Positions 47,885 to 58,160 of a stretch of DNA of 64,000 bases are shown one piece after another; the stretch's first letter is position 1, and each line of letters begins with the position of its first letter. The DNA comes from Ignavibacteriales bacterium (GTDB taxonomy: Bacteria > Bacteroidota > Ignavibacteria > UBA10030 > UBA8401): contig JAPLFO010000149.1 of the NCBI GenBank assembly GCA_026390635.1, positions 16,075 to 80,074 of the forward strand, read 5' to 3'. The position numbers were made by a program, and so were the translations under genes. The notes under the pieces were generated by a model, which worked only from the letters and a program-made list of their open reading frames with translations, was not told where the DNA came from and searched no databases.

Positions 47885-49063
47885 TTAGTCCATAATCTTC
47901 CGGAGGAATGCCGGACGATCAGTGTCGCTCCGATCAAAGCTGCCCTGCCGGATTTTTGCTTCTTCGGCAGCAACAGGCTCGGGCATGAACGATTTTCTTC
48001 GTTCAAATGCGGGTTGATTGTATTTACCAAGTTCTGTCGGACCGGTCGGGATATGATCGATCAAGCCGCGCACCGTTTTCACCGGGGCTTTGGCCTGCTG
48101 CATGGCGTTACGATTGAATCCTGTTGCTATCACGGTCACCATCAACTCGTCGGTCATGCGATCGTCCACCACGGCACCGAGGATCACATTTGCATCGTCG
48201 CCGGCGGCTTCGTGAATAATGGAGGTTGCTTCATCGAGTTCATGCAGCGACATATTCTTGCCGCCGGTGACATTCACCAGTACACCTTGTGCACCCTTGA
48301 TCGACACGCCTTCCAGCAGCGGGCTGGAGATTGCGGCATTCGCAGCTTCCGTGGCACGGTTCTCGCCTGTTGCATAGCCCGTGCCCATCAACGCATCACC
48401 CATTTCGCGCATGATGGTGCGGACATCGGCAAAATCGACGTTGATCAGTCCGGGAACGGTGATGATTTCCGATATGCCACGCGTTGCATTGTGCAGCACG
48501 CGGTTGCAGATCTCGAAAGCTTCTTCCAGTGGCGTTGTCTTTTCGACGATCGACAAGAGCTTCTGATTGGGGATGACGATCAGCGTATCGACCTGCTTCT
48601 TCATCTCCTCAATGCCAGTTTCTGCCAGCGACAAACGCTTCTTGCCTTCGCAGCTGAACGGCTTTGTTATGATGCCGACCACCAAAGCGCCCATGCTCTT
48701 GGCGATGTTGGCAACGACTGGACCCGCACCGGTTCCAGTTCCGCCGCCCATGCCTGCTGTAATGAACACCATATCGCTGCCCTGCAATGCACGGGCGATT
48801 TCTTCACGATCCTCCTCTGCAGCTCGGTGTCCGATCGTTGGATCGGCTCCTGCACCCAGGCCGCGAGTCAGATTCTTCCCGATCTGGATCTTGTTGGTCG
48901 CGTTGCTGCGGTCCAACGCCTGCGTATCGGAATTAATGCAGATGAAATCAACGCCCGTCAAGCCTTTTTCGATCATGCTGTTGATGGCGTTGGATCCGCC
49001 GCCGCCGACACCCACAACGCGAATCTTCGCGCCGTTTTCCGCAGAATCGTCTAGAAAAATCAT
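47885..49063 (-). CDS. ftsZ: Cell division protein FtsZ
   Basis: [26 protein letters not shown]; C-terminal PAFLRK. Start moved to MIFLDD. Confidence 0.98.
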   Translation of the reverse strand: MIFLDDSAENGAKIRVVGVGGGGSNAINSMIEKGLTGVDFICINSDTQALDRSNATNKIQIGKNLTRGLGAGADPTIGHRAAEEDREEIARALQGSDMVFITAGMGGGTGTGAGPVVANIAKSMGALVVGIITKPFSCEGKKRLSLAETGIEEMKKQVDTLIVIPNQKLLSIVEKTTPLEEAFEICNRVLHNATRGISEIITVPGLINVDFADVRTIMREMGDALMGTGYATGENRATEAANAAISSPLLEGVSIKGAQGVLVNVTGGKNMSLHELDEATSIIHEAAGDDANVILGAVVDDRMTDELMVTVIATGFNRNAMQQAKAPVKTVRGLIDHIPTGPTELGKYNQPAFERRKSFMPEPVAAEEAKIRQGSFDRSDTDRPAFLRKIMD

Positions 49064-49104
49064 TGTAACTCCTTTGATTGGTGAGTGATGCTGAGATAAT
49101 TTTT

Positions 49105-50343
49105 TTACAATTCGTCGAACCAATGAACCATTCTGCCAATTATCGTTTTCAATTTGCCGTCCATTTTTGGCGGCCGGATGGAATCCACATGCGGTTGCTC
49201 ACGATGTTTGATCGCATGCATCACCAATCCGACTCCTGTTGCATACATCGGATTCTCGATCTCTTTCACAAACCCGCCATGAAATCCCTTCGGAATGCCG
49301 ATCGCGACAGGCATGCCGAGTACTTCGCGCGCCAGATCGGCCGTTCCTTTAATCAACGATCCGCCTCCGGTCAACACAACACCGGCGGCGAGATGTTTTT
49401 GATAGCCTGAACGGTTGATTTCGAGTGCAACAATCTCCAAGATCTCTTCCATCCGCGGCTGGATGATCTGGCAAAGGCTTCTCGTATCTATTTCCACCGG
49501 CGGACGCGCGCCGATTCCGGGCACTGTGATCGGTGCATTGTCGATCACCCCCGGCATATAGGCGTGGCCATACGTCACCTTGAGATACTCCGCCTGTTCC
49601 GTCAGCACACCGAGTCCACGGCGAATGTCATCCGTCACAGAGCGTCCGGCAATGCCGATCACCGCTGTGTGGCGGATCGTACGATCTTCAAAAACGGCGA
49701 GATCCGTGGTGCCGCCGCCGATATCGATCAGTGCAACACCCACTTCTTTCTCTTCTTTGTCTAGAACCGCTTCACTCGAAGCAATCGGCTCCAGGACGAT
49801 GTCGCTGACGCTGACGCCGGAACGCTGGACACATTTGATGATGTTCTGCGCCGCAGAGACAAGTCCGGTGATGATGTGGACATTGGCTTCCATGCGAACG
49901 CCGGACATTCCGACCGGATCGGTCACCCCATCCTGGCCGTCGACGATGAAAGCCTGTGGAATGACATGAATGATCTTGCGATCTGACGGCAGTGCGATTT
50001 TTTTTGTGTCCTCGATCAGCCGGTTGACGTCCGCCTGCGTGATCTCCTGTTCCGCACCGGAAATGGCTACCACACCGCGGCTTTGAAAGCTCTGCACGTG
50101 ATCGCCGGCAATGCCCGCCACCACCGACGCAATTTTTGTGCCCGACTGCGCCTCGGCATCCGCAACAGCTGCACGAATCGATGCAATCGTCCGGTCGATG
50201 TGCGTAATCACTCCACGTGTCAATCCATCCGACTTGCTCTTTCCGATGCCGAGAATATTGATTTCCTGATTCGGTCCGAGGGACGCAACGATCGCACACA
50301 CCTTGGTTGTACCGATATCAAGACCGACATAAATATTATCCAT
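49105..50343 (-). CDS. ftsA: Cell division protein FtsA
   Basis: [23 protein letters not shown]. Confidence 0.97.
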   Translation of the reverse strand: MDNIYVGLDIGTTKVCAIVASLGPNQEINILGIGKSKSDGLTRGVITHIDRTIASIRAAVADAEAQSGTKIASVVAGIAGDHVQSFQSRGVVAISGAEQEITQADVNRLIEDTKKIALPSDRKIIHVIPQAFIVDGQDGVTDPVGMSGVRMEANVHIITGLVSAAQNIIKCVQRSGVSVSDIVLEPIASSEAVLDKEEKEVGVALIDIGGGTTDLAVFEDRTIRHTAVIGIAGRSVTDDIRRGLGVLTEQAEYLKVTYGHAYMPGVIDNAPITVPGIGARPPVEIDTRSLCQIIQPRMEEILEIVALEINRSGYQKHLAAGVVLTGGGSLIKGTADLAREVLGMPVAIGIPKGFHGGFVKEIENPMYATGVGLVMHAIKHREQPHVDSIRPPKMDGKLKTIIGRMVHWFDEL

Positions 50344-50344
50344 G

Positions 50345-51160
50345 TTATCCCTTTTTTTCTGATTGCGATAGATCCTGTCCACGCACCACGATCACCTGAT
50401 CGCGAAAACGCAGATCGATCGCTTTAATATGCTGCATCCCTTCGTGCGCTACAACGGTCTTCCAAAATCCGTCAAGCTTTACAATTTTTTCCGCCAGCAC
50501 ATCGTTGCCGACATGAATGGCGATGCCGCCGTCCACGGTGTACAGTATGATGTCGGCGCTGTTGCGCATATCCACTTCCGATATCTGTTGAGGCACATCA
50601 CCGGCAGTCCTGCGGCTGAGGCGAAGCAGTTCAAGTGCCGTCGCCAGTGATGCGTTCTTGACGCAAATGCCCAGCGAATCGCTCACCGACGGCGCAATAC
50701 CGGAAATGACCGGAATATCAAAGATCATGCGACCCGGAGCATGCGGCAACAGACAACTCTCATCGTCCACCATGAGCAGATCCGTCGGTTGCTCGGAAGC
50801 GACATAAGCCACCGGCACTCGTTCCATCACCGTTACATGTATCGCCAATGGCGGATTGCGCCGGACAATCGCTCGTTTGACGAACTTGTTCGATTCCACG
50901 GACTGCACCACTGATGCAAGATCAACCGAGTACATTTTTGCACCGGAGGGAATATTTGCCAGCGCAAGAATTTCGTCCTGCGATAGTATCAATTGTCCGT
51001 CCACAAGCACTTGCGGAACCGTCAGTTGTTCCTTCCAGCGCATCGATCCGTACCACGAGACGACGAGAAGGAGCAGCAATCCGCTGAGAATCCAATAGAC
51101 TGATTTTCCACGCAGCGGCGCGTCTTTGCGATCGTCTGATATTTTGGGGTCTTCGCTCAT
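50345..51160 (-). CDS. ftsQ: Cell division protein FtsQ/DivIB
   Basis: One TM, POTRA domain, ERVPVA, IDLRFRDQVIV; lies between murC and ftsA. Confidence 0.88.
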   Translation of the reverse strand: MSEDPKISDDRKDAPLRGKSVYWILSGLLLLLVVSWYGSMRWKEQLTVPQVLVDGQLILSQDEILALANIPSGAKMYSVDLASVVQSVESNKFVKRAIVRRNPPLAIHVTVMERVPVAYVASEQPTDLLMVDDESCLLPHAPGRMIFDIPVISGIAPSVSDSLGICVKNASLATALELLRLSRRTAGDVPQQISEVDMRNSADIILYTVDGGIAIHVGNDVLAEKIVKLDGFWKTVVAHEGMQHIKAIDLRFRDQVIVVRGQDLSQSEKKG

Positions 51161-52536
51161 GCCTTCAATAGAGATAGATATTCTTCGCCAAACTTCCAGA
51201 TATCACCGGCACCCATGGTGATGACAATATCGCCCGGCTTTGTTATTGATTTCAGAAATGCAGGAAGTTCCTTTTTATTCTGTACATAATGCACTTCCTT
51301 GTGCCCGTACTGTTTGGCCGCATTGGTGATAAGCTCACCTGTGACGCCCTGAATGGGTTCCTCGCGTGCAGGATACACATCTGTCACTACCAAGACGTCT
51401 GCGAGCAGAAACGCCTTTCCAAATTCTTCATAGAAATCTCGTGTACGCGAAAATAGGTGCGGCTGGAACGCACAGACAACTCTGCGGCGCCATCCTGCCT
51501 TCACTCCGGAAAGCGTCGCCTTGCATTCCGTCGGATGGTGCGCATAGTCGTCGTACACGGCAATGCCGGCGGCTTCACCTTTCTTTTCCCAGCGCCGGTA
51601 AACACCCGTAAAGCGCTCGATGCCGGCCTTCACTTGCTCGAATGGAACACCGAGCTGCAGTCCGACGGCGATTGCCGCCAGCGCGTTTTGCACGTTGTGA
51701 TTTCCGGGAATCTGCACTGTCACCGTTCCCAATTCGTCCTGACCATGTACAACGGCGAAAGTGGAGATATTTTCCTTGTGATAAATATCGACAGCCTGCA
51801 CATCTGCCTGCGGTGTCAGTCCGTAGGTGATCAATTTCTTTTTTCGAAGCTGCGGCATGATGTCCTGCAGTGCCGGCTCATCGAGACACAGTACGATAAA
51901 TCCGTAAAATGGTACTTTGTTCGCAAATTGAATGAACGCCCCCTTGATATCTTCCAGATCCCGGTAGCAGTCGAGATGATCTGTCTCCAGCGTCGTCAGC
52001 ACTGCGACGGTGGGCGTGATGGACAGGAACGAGCGGTCAAACTCATCGGCTTCAACGACGATGAAATCGCCTTTTCCGAGACGCGCATTCGTTCCACCGA
52101 GACCGCTCAGTTTTCCTCCCACAATCACCGTGGGATCAAGGCCGCCTTCCATTAGCACGAGGCTGACCATGGATGTCGTCGTTGTTTTTCCGTGTGTGCC
52201 GGCAATCCCGATGCCGTATTTCAATCGCATTACCTCGGCAAGCATTTCTGCCCGGCGCACGATCGGAATCTTGCGCCGCTGTGCTTCGATGACCTCCGGA
52301 TTCTCGGACGCAACGGCAGATGAGTACACCACGGTGTCCACATCGTCCGCGATGTTCTCCGCGCGGTGTCCTTCGTAAATGGCGGCACCCAGAGATTTTA
52401 AGCGCTCCGTGACTTCACTCAGTGCACGGTCGGATCCGCTGACGGTAAATCCCTGATCCAGGAGGATCTCGGCGATTCCACTCATGCCAATACCGCCGAT
52501 TCCGACAAAATGAATTTTCTTTATTGAACTGAACAT
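51157..52536 (-). CDS. murC: UDP-N-acetylmuramate--L-alanine ligase
   Basis: HFVGIGGIGMSG, GTHGKTTT, DDYAHHPTE. Confidence 0.97.
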   Translation of the reverse strand: MFSSIKKIHFVGIGGIGMSGIAEILLDQGFTVSGSDRALSEVTERLKSLGAAIYEGHRAENIADDVDTVVYSSAVASENPEVIEAQRRKIPIVRRAEMLAEVMRLKYGIGIAGTHGKTTTTSMVSLVLMEGGLDPTVIVGGKLSGLGGTNARLGKGDFIVVEADEFDRSFLSITPTVAVLTTLETDHLDCYRDLEDIKGAFIQFANKVPFYGFIVLCLDEPALQDIMPQLRKKKLITYGLTPQADVQAVDIYHKENISTFAVVHGQDELGTVTVQIPGNHNVQNALAAIAVGLQLGVPFEQVKAGIERFTGVYRRWEKKGEAAGIAVYDDYAHHPTECKATLSGVKAGWRRRVVCAFQPHLFSRTRDFYEEFGKAFLLADVLVVTDVYPAREEPIQGVTGELITNAAKQYGHKEVHYVQNKKELPAFLKSITKPGDIVITMGAGDIWKFGEEYLSLLKA

Positions 52537-52542
52537 GATATC

Positions 52543-53037
52543 CTACCGTACTTTCCGTCGCATGGAAAAGGCACGCCGCTCTCCTTTGGGGATATGGACG
52601 GCGACTTTTTCTATGGCAGCAACCAATTCCTTTCCCCGTTCATACCGGCCGACCCGGATGCGATACAGCCGGTGGCGTCCCTTCACTTTGAAAACGATCA
52701 CCTGAAAGATTCCCGATGTCTGCACACGCCGCTCGCGGCCGATATGCAACCATTCGATCGACTTCAATGAAATGGCGTGCGAGCCGAAGCGGTGATGAAA
52801 AATTAGACCGGTCTCGTTGACAATGAGTTTTCTGCCGCGCACGCGATTCAACACCAGCATCGCCAGCGCGATGACGATGAAGAACATCATGATGAGCAGA
52901 ATCGGATCTGAGAAGACAAGGAAAAATTGTGTTTCCACGACACTGCCTTTGACCGCCGCGTACAGCACAAATGTCACCAGATACATCACCGTCTGCTGAT
53001 AGTAGAAATCAAGTTTATATTTAAATTCAGCGTCCAT
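52543..53037 (-). CDS. Hypothetical 2-TM protein inside the dcw operon
   Basis: Overlaps the murG stop; two TMs followed by a basic beta-rich domain. Confidence 0.75.
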   Translation of the reverse strand: MDAEFKYKLDFYYQQTVMYLVTFVLYAAVKGSVVETQFFLVFSDPILLIMMFFIVIALAMLVLNRVRGRKLIVNETGLIFHHRFGSHAISLKSIEWLHIGRERRVQTSGIFQVIVFKVKGRHRLYRIRVGRYERGKELVAAIEKVAVHIPKGERRAFSMRRKVR

Positions 53038-54142
53038 AGGCCAAGCCCAGTGCTCTTGTTGCAATTTCGATTCCTGCCGCCGGCCTGCCCAGTGCGAGGC
53101 ATTTCCGGCTCATTATTTTCAGTGTATCGGAATCGTTTAAAAGTCTGCAAATCGCTGCAATTCCATTTTCGGCAAAATCCTTATCCGTGACCAATAGCGC
53201 TCCCCCGGCATCCCGCAGCGCGCAGGCATTGAGCGTCTGATGATCGGCAGCTGCATGCGGATACGGAACAAGAATTGCCGGTTTTCCGAGCCGTGTCAGT
53301 TCGGCGAGGCTTGTGGCTCCGGATCGGCAAACAACCAGGTCGGCCGCCGCATACGCCTGCGGCATATTGTCGACAAACCTCTTCACGACCACTCCATTAC
53401 ACGCTAACGCTTCATACGCCGCGGGTGCTTGCACACCGATTTGCCAGAGGACTTGAATCCCATTGGCACGGAGCAATTCCAGGTTCTTCGCAATCACTCT
53501 ATTGAGAGATTTGGCTCCCAGACTGCCGCCGAACACGAAGACCGTTTTTTTTCCCGATTCGAGGCCGAAAGCTTTTAGTCCGGATTCGCGGTCTCCATAG
53601 ACCAGCTCGTCGCGTGTCGGATTTCCGATCAGCACTGCGCGCCTACCCTTCTTCTTCAGATAGCCGCGTGTTGCATTGAATGTGATTAGCAGCTCAGTCA
53701 CTAGGGACGCCAGCATACGCGTTGTCGCTCCCGGATAGCTGTTGCTTTCATGAATCATGGTTGGCACCCTGAGCATTGAGGCCACAAACAACACCGGTCC
53801 GCACACATATCCGCCGGTTCCGATGACCACCTGCGGCTTGATCCTCATAATCAAGCGGAGCGATTGCCACAGGGACACGATCACTTTCACCGGAAAAAGA
53901 AGGTTCGATACCGTCAACCGCCGGTGCAGTCCGCTGATCCAGATCGGCGCAAACTCATAGCCCTTCTGCGGTACGACGCGCGCCTCTATTTTGTCCTTCG
54001 TGCCTGCAAAGACGATGCGAAGATCCGGCTGCAGTTTCTTCATTTCGTCCGCAATCGCGATGGCGGGAAAAAGATGACCGCCGGTCCCGCCGCCGGCAAA
54101 AAGCACGCTTACCGTTTGTGCGGCTGCCATATCAGTAGACAC
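53027..54142 (-). CDS. murG: Lipid II GlcNAc transferase MurG
   Basis: GGGTGGH, GTGGYV, GGSLGA, RSGATS. Confidence 0.97.
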   Translation of the reverse strand: MSTDMAAAQTVSVLFAGGGTGGHLFPAIAIADEMKKLQPDLRIVFAGTKDKIEARVVPQKGYEFAPIWISGLHRRLTVSNLLFPVKVIVSLWQSLRLIMRIKPQVVIGTGGYVCGPVLFVASMLRVPTMIHESNSYPGATTRMLASLVTELLITFNATRGYLKKKGRRAVLIGNPTRDELVYGDRESGLKAFGLESGKKTVFVFGGSLGAKSLNRVIAKNLELLRANGIQVLWQIGVQAPAAYEALACNGVVVKRFVDNMPQAYAAADLVVCRSGATSLAELTRLGKPAILVPYPHAAADHQTLNACALRDAGGALLVTDKDFAENGIAAICRLLNDSDTLKIMSRKCLALGRPAAGIEIATRALGLAYGR

Positions 54143-55304
54143 TCCCGACAGCGGGTTCTGCTGCCGCGCCGGAATTTTCTTGCATCGGCTGAACCCTGGG
54201 ATGAAGATCCGTGTACGACGAAATATTCAGGAGCACACCGATCGCAAATGACGAAAAGATGATCGACGAACCGCCATAGCTGACAAACGGCATTGGCAAT
54301 CCTGTCGTCGGGAACACTCCCAGTGTGACGAGCGCATTCCCCAGCGCGTAAATAACAACGGTCGATGTAATTCCGATTGCCAAAAACTTTCCAAAATCAT
54401 CCGGCGCATTCTTCGCGATACGGAAACCGCGTATCAGAATAACGAAAAAGAGAGTCAGAAATATTACCGTACCGATAAACCCGTACTCTTCGCCGATGAT
54501 CGAAAAAACAAAATCGCCGTACGATTCGGGCAGGAAGAGATCCCGCTGTTTGCTTTCGCCCATGCCGACGCCGAATAATCCGCCGTTGCCGAAGCCGATA
54601 ATTCCCTGCCAGAGCTGATAGTTTGATTTGCTCGGGGTCGTACTTCCGTCCGCAATGCCGAGAAAAGCGAGCACCCTTTTCATCCGGTATTGTGCGCTCA
54701 CCATATAGATCAGCAGTGCCGGAACGGCAAGCGACAGGGTTCCCAGCAAATGCTTCCAGCGGGCACCGCCCATATAGAGCATCACGATACCGATACAGGC
54801 AATCATCGCGCCGGTGCTGAAATTCGGCTGCAGCATGACGAGCACAACGACGCCTCCGATCCAGAGCATCAGCGGCAGAAATCCGGAATGGAAGTCCAGG
54901 ATCTTGTCCTTCTTTGCGGCCATCATGCCGCTGAGCAGGAAGATCAATGCGAACTTTGCCGCTTCCGACGGCTGCAGATTGAAACCCGCAAAGCTTAGCC
55001 ACCGCGCAGCGCCTTTGATCTCCCCGCCGATCGCCAGCGTCACGGTCAACAGGACGAGACAACCGATGATTGCCGGCCGTGCCAGCTTGCGATAGATTGT
55101 ATATTTCACATTCATCGCAAAGAGAATCACCACAAAGCCGGCCAGCACTTTGATGATGTGCTTGTTCACCAATCCGCTGGCGGCTCCGTATTTCTGAAAC
55201 GCCCATGTAGATGAAGCGCTGTAGACGACAACGGTGCTCGCCACCATGAGAAAGAGCACGGTGAGCAGTACGACCCGGTCGATATGGTTTCTCCGCGCGG
55301 CCAT
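54132..55304 (-). CDS. ftsW: SEDS peptidoglycan polymerase FtsW
   Basis: GAARWL, QPSE, LPESYGDF, PFVSYGGSS. Start moved to the ATG overlapping the murD stop. Confidence 0.95.
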   Translation of the reverse strand: MAARRNHIDRVVLLTVLFLMVASTVVVYSASSTWAFQKYGAASGLVNKHIIKVLAGFVVILFAMNVKYTIYRKLARPAIIGCLVLLTVTLAIGGEIKGAARWLSFAGFNLQPSEAAKFALIFLLSGMMAAKKDKILDFHSGFLPLMLWIGGVVVLVMLQPNFSTGAMIACIGIVMLYMGGARWKHLLGTLSLAVPALLIYMVSAQYRMKRVLAFLGIADGSTTPSKSNYQLWQGIIGFGNGGLFGVGMGESKQRDLFLPESYGDFVFSIIGEEYGFIGTVIFLTLFFVILIRGFRIAKNAPDDFGKFLAIGITSTVVIYALGNALVTLGVFPTTGLPMPFVSYGGSSIIFSSFAIGVLLNISSYTDLHPRVQPMQENSGAAAEPAVGSVY

Positions 55305-56710
55305 CAGGCTTCGGCGATCTCCTGCACCAGTTGCTTGAACACGCGCCCGCGTTCTTCGTAGTCGGTAAACCAATCGAATGACGTGCACGCAGGCGCCAGC
55401 AGCACGACATCGCCCGGATGGGCCAATCCGCCGGCAATCCAGATCGCTTTTTTCATCGAAGTAGTATTGGGGATCGCCGATCCGATGGTCTCAACTTTCA
55501 ATACCGGAACTTTGTGAGCAAAATTTTCGACAATGGTATCAGCAGAATGACCGGTCGCGACAATCGCCCTTACTTTTCTTTCCACAAGATCGTAAATGGT
55601 CGAATAGTCGTTGCCCTTGTCTTTTCCACCCATCATCAACACAATCGGCTGCTCGTAGCTTCGGAGCGCATAACCGACCGCTTCCACCGTTGTCGCCTTG
55701 GAGTTGTTGATGTACGTAATGCCCTTGACCGTCCTGACGAATTCCTGCCGGTGTTCCACTCCCTTAAAATTCCGCAACGTACCGCGAATGACCGCGGGAC
55801 TGATGCCGAACGATTGCACCGCGAGGATGGCGGCCATGGCATTCTGCACATTATGATCACCGGCAAGCGACAGGTCGGCAATTTTCATGATCTGTTTTCG
55901 TTCTCCCGCCACACGCATCACGATGGATCCCTGATCAGCAAAAACACCGTCAGTTTTTTCTTCATTCATGCTGAATGTCAGAGTGCAGCTCTGTGCCGCA
56001 GCGATTTTCTCCACGCTGATCCGGTCTTCTGCATTATAAATGAGAAGATCGCCGGCTTGTTGATTCATAAAGATGCGCGTCTTTGCCGCCGCGTACCGTT
56101 CCATCGAATTGTCATATCGATCCAGGTGATTGCGCGTGATATTGAGAATCACGGCAACTGCCGGCCGGAGGTCGAGGATGTGTTCGAGCTGAAAACTGCT
56201 GACCTCCAGCACAACGATATGGTCCGGTGTTGCCTGCTCTACCACGGTCGACAATGCTTCGCCGATGTTACCCGCAACAATACATTTCTTCTTGGCATCT
56301 TCCAGCATGCGGCCGACCAGCGTGGCGGTGGTTGTTTTGCCATTGCTTCCGGTGATGGCAATGACCGGAGCGGAACAGAACCAACTCGCGAGTTCCAGCT
56401 CGCTCACCACCGTGATGCCCCGCTTCTGTGCCTCGACAACAATTGGAATATTTCCGGGCACACCGGGACTGATCACCATCAGGGAACAGTCGAGTGCACA
56501 ATCGGTGTGGCCCGCGGTCTCAAACGGAATTCCTGCGGCAGATAACTCAGCGGCTGCATCGGCGAGTTTCCCGGCGCTCTGGCTATCGCTCACGAACACC
56601 GATGCACCGTGCCGCTTCAGGAGGGCAGCCGCTCCACGACCGCTGCGCGCAGCACCGATCACCGTAACATGTTGTCCTTCGACAAGAGCCCTATGTTTTT
56701 GGTCGATCAT
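55304..56710 (-). CDS. murD: UDP-MurNAc-L-Ala--D-glutamate ligase
   Basis: GAARSG, TGSNGKTTT, EVSSFQL, NSKAT, LAPACTSFD. Confidence 0.96.
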   Translation of the reverse strand: MIDQKHRALVEGQHVTVIGAARSGRGAAALLKRHGASVFVSDSQSAGKLADAAAELSAAGIPFETAGHTDCALDCSLMVISPGVPGNIPIVVEAQKRGITVVSELELASWFCSAPVIAITGSNGKTTTATLVGRMLEDAKKKCIVAGNIGEALSTVVEQATPDHIVVLEVSSFQLEHILDLRPAVAVILNITRNHLDRYDNSMERYAAAKTRIFMNQQAGDLLIYNAEDRISVEKIAAAQSCTLTFSMNEEKTDGVFADQGSIVMRVAGERKQIMKIADLSLAGDHNVQNAMAAILAVQSFGISPAVIRGTLRNFKGVEHRQEFVRTVKGITYINNSKATTVEAVGYALRSYEQPIVLMMGGKDKGNDYSTIYDLVERKVRAIVATGHSADTIVENFAHKVPVLKVETIGSAIPNTTSMKKAIWIAGGLAHPGDVVLLAPACTSFDWFTDYEERGRVFKQLVQEIAEA

Positions 56711-56763
56711 AAGCTAATTACGAATTATGAATTACGGTAACTACTCAGCGTATTTCTTGAAAA

Positions 56764-56892
56764 TGTCATTCCCGCATGTTTTTGGCGGGAATCCATGTTT
56801 TCCATCTGGATGCCCGACAGAAGTCCGTTCCGTTTCACGGGACGACATCTCGTCTCGATTCGGAGAATCGAGACGGACATTCGGGCATGACA
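56764..56892. repeat. REP-doublet (REPIN-like) element between mraY and murD
   Basis: TGTCATTCCCGC...GCGGGAATCCA, then TGGATGCCCGA...TCGGGCATGACA with nested hairpin CGTCTCGATT-CGGAG-AATCGAGACG. Confidence 0.7.
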
Positions 56893-57015
56893 GGCCTGAA
56901 ACGAAACATGACGCTAAACATGATGAGTAGATACGAATTACGGATGATTGATCTTTGTCTGTTCTCTCTTCTTCATCTCTGTAGCTATTTTTTTCCTTCA
57001 CTATACAGAACGCTG

Positions 57016-58149
57016 CTACCGCACTTTGAACGTCGCCAGGCTGACAATCATCAACAGTACTGCAATAATGTAGAATCGCATGACGATCTTCGGCTCAGGG
57101 ATTCCCTGCATCTCAAAATGATGATGCAACGGTGCCATTTTGAAAACGCGGCGTCCTTCGCCGAAACGTTTCTTCGTATATTTGAAATACAACCGCTGAA
57201 TGATCACCGATGCCGTCTCCATGAAAAATATACCTCCCAGAATCGGCAGTATAAGTTCTTTCTTGATCATGATGGTGGTCGCACCGATGGCTCCGCCGAG
57301 CGCAAGCGAACCGGTATCGCCCATAAAGACCTGTGCCGGGTAGGAATTGAACCAGAGAAAACCGAGCGCTGCACCCACAAGGGCTGCGCAGTAGATTACC
57401 AATTCCCCGCTCCCGCGCAGGTAAATGACATTCAAATAACTGCTGAATTCGACGTTGCCGGAAATATAGCTGATGGCCGCCAGAGTGAGCGCGACGATAC
57501 CGACCGTACCGATTGCCAAGCCATCAAGACCATCGGTGAGATTGACCGCATTCGACGTCGCCGTGATGATAAAAATCACCATGGGAATGTAGAGATACGA
57601 AAAGTCGAATGTCACATTCTTGAAAAACGGCACCGTTGTCAGCGTGTTGACACCATGCACTCCATTGACGACGACGGCCTTGAGCTCCGGTGCAAAATAA
57701 AGAGTGGAGCCGAGAATCAATCCGACAACAACCTGGCCAAAGATTTTGTACCAGCCAATCAGGCCTTTCGGTTTCTTCTTCACGACTTTCAGATAGTCGT
57801 CCAGGAAACCAACGAGACCAAGACCGACGGTAACGACAAGAATGAGAAGCACGTACATGTTTTTCAAATCGCCCCAGAGCAGCGTCGGGACAAGAACGGA
57901 ACCGAGAACGATCAGACCACCCATGGTTGGGGTACCGGCTTTGCTCAGATGACTCTTTGGCGCTTCGACTTTCGCCGCCTCGCCGATCTGATGTTTCTTC
58001 AGCAACCGGATGATTTTCGGTCCGATCCAGAAGCTGATGATAAGCGCCGTGACCGCTGCTGCCGCTGCGCGAAACGTCAGGTACCGCACCACTCCGAATC
58101 CCGGAGGATGATAGATTTTTTCAAGCAGCGAAAAGAGATAATAGAGCAT
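57016..58149 (-). CDS. mraY: Phospho-MurNAc-pentapeptide transferase
   Basis: KAGTPTMGG, DDYLK, NLTDGLDGL, FMGDTGS, PLHHHFE. Confidence 0.98.
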   Translation of the reverse strand: MLYYLFSLLEKIYHPPGFGVVRYLTFRAAAAAVTALIISFWIGPKIIRLLKKHQIGEAAKVEAPKSHLSKAGTPTMGGLIVLGSVLVPTLLWGDLKNMYVLLILVVTVGLGLVGFLDDYLKVVKKKPKGLIGWYKIFGQVVVGLILGSTLYFAPELKAVVVNGVHGVNTLTTVPFFKNVTFDFSYLYIPMVIFIITATSNAVNLTDGLDGLAIGTVGIVALTLAAISYISGNVEFSSYLNVIYLRGSGELVIYCAALVGAALGFLWFNSYPAQVFMGDTGSLALGGAIGATTIMIKKELILPILGGIFFMETASVIIQRLYFKYTKKRFGEGRRVFKMAPLHHHFEMQGIPEPKIVMRFYIIAVLLMIVSLATFKVR

Positions 58150-58160
58150 GGGCGATGTCT

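Noticed and set aside
47810-49054. 414-aa plus-strand ORF
   Set aside because: Antisense shadow of ftsZ; no recognisable motifs.
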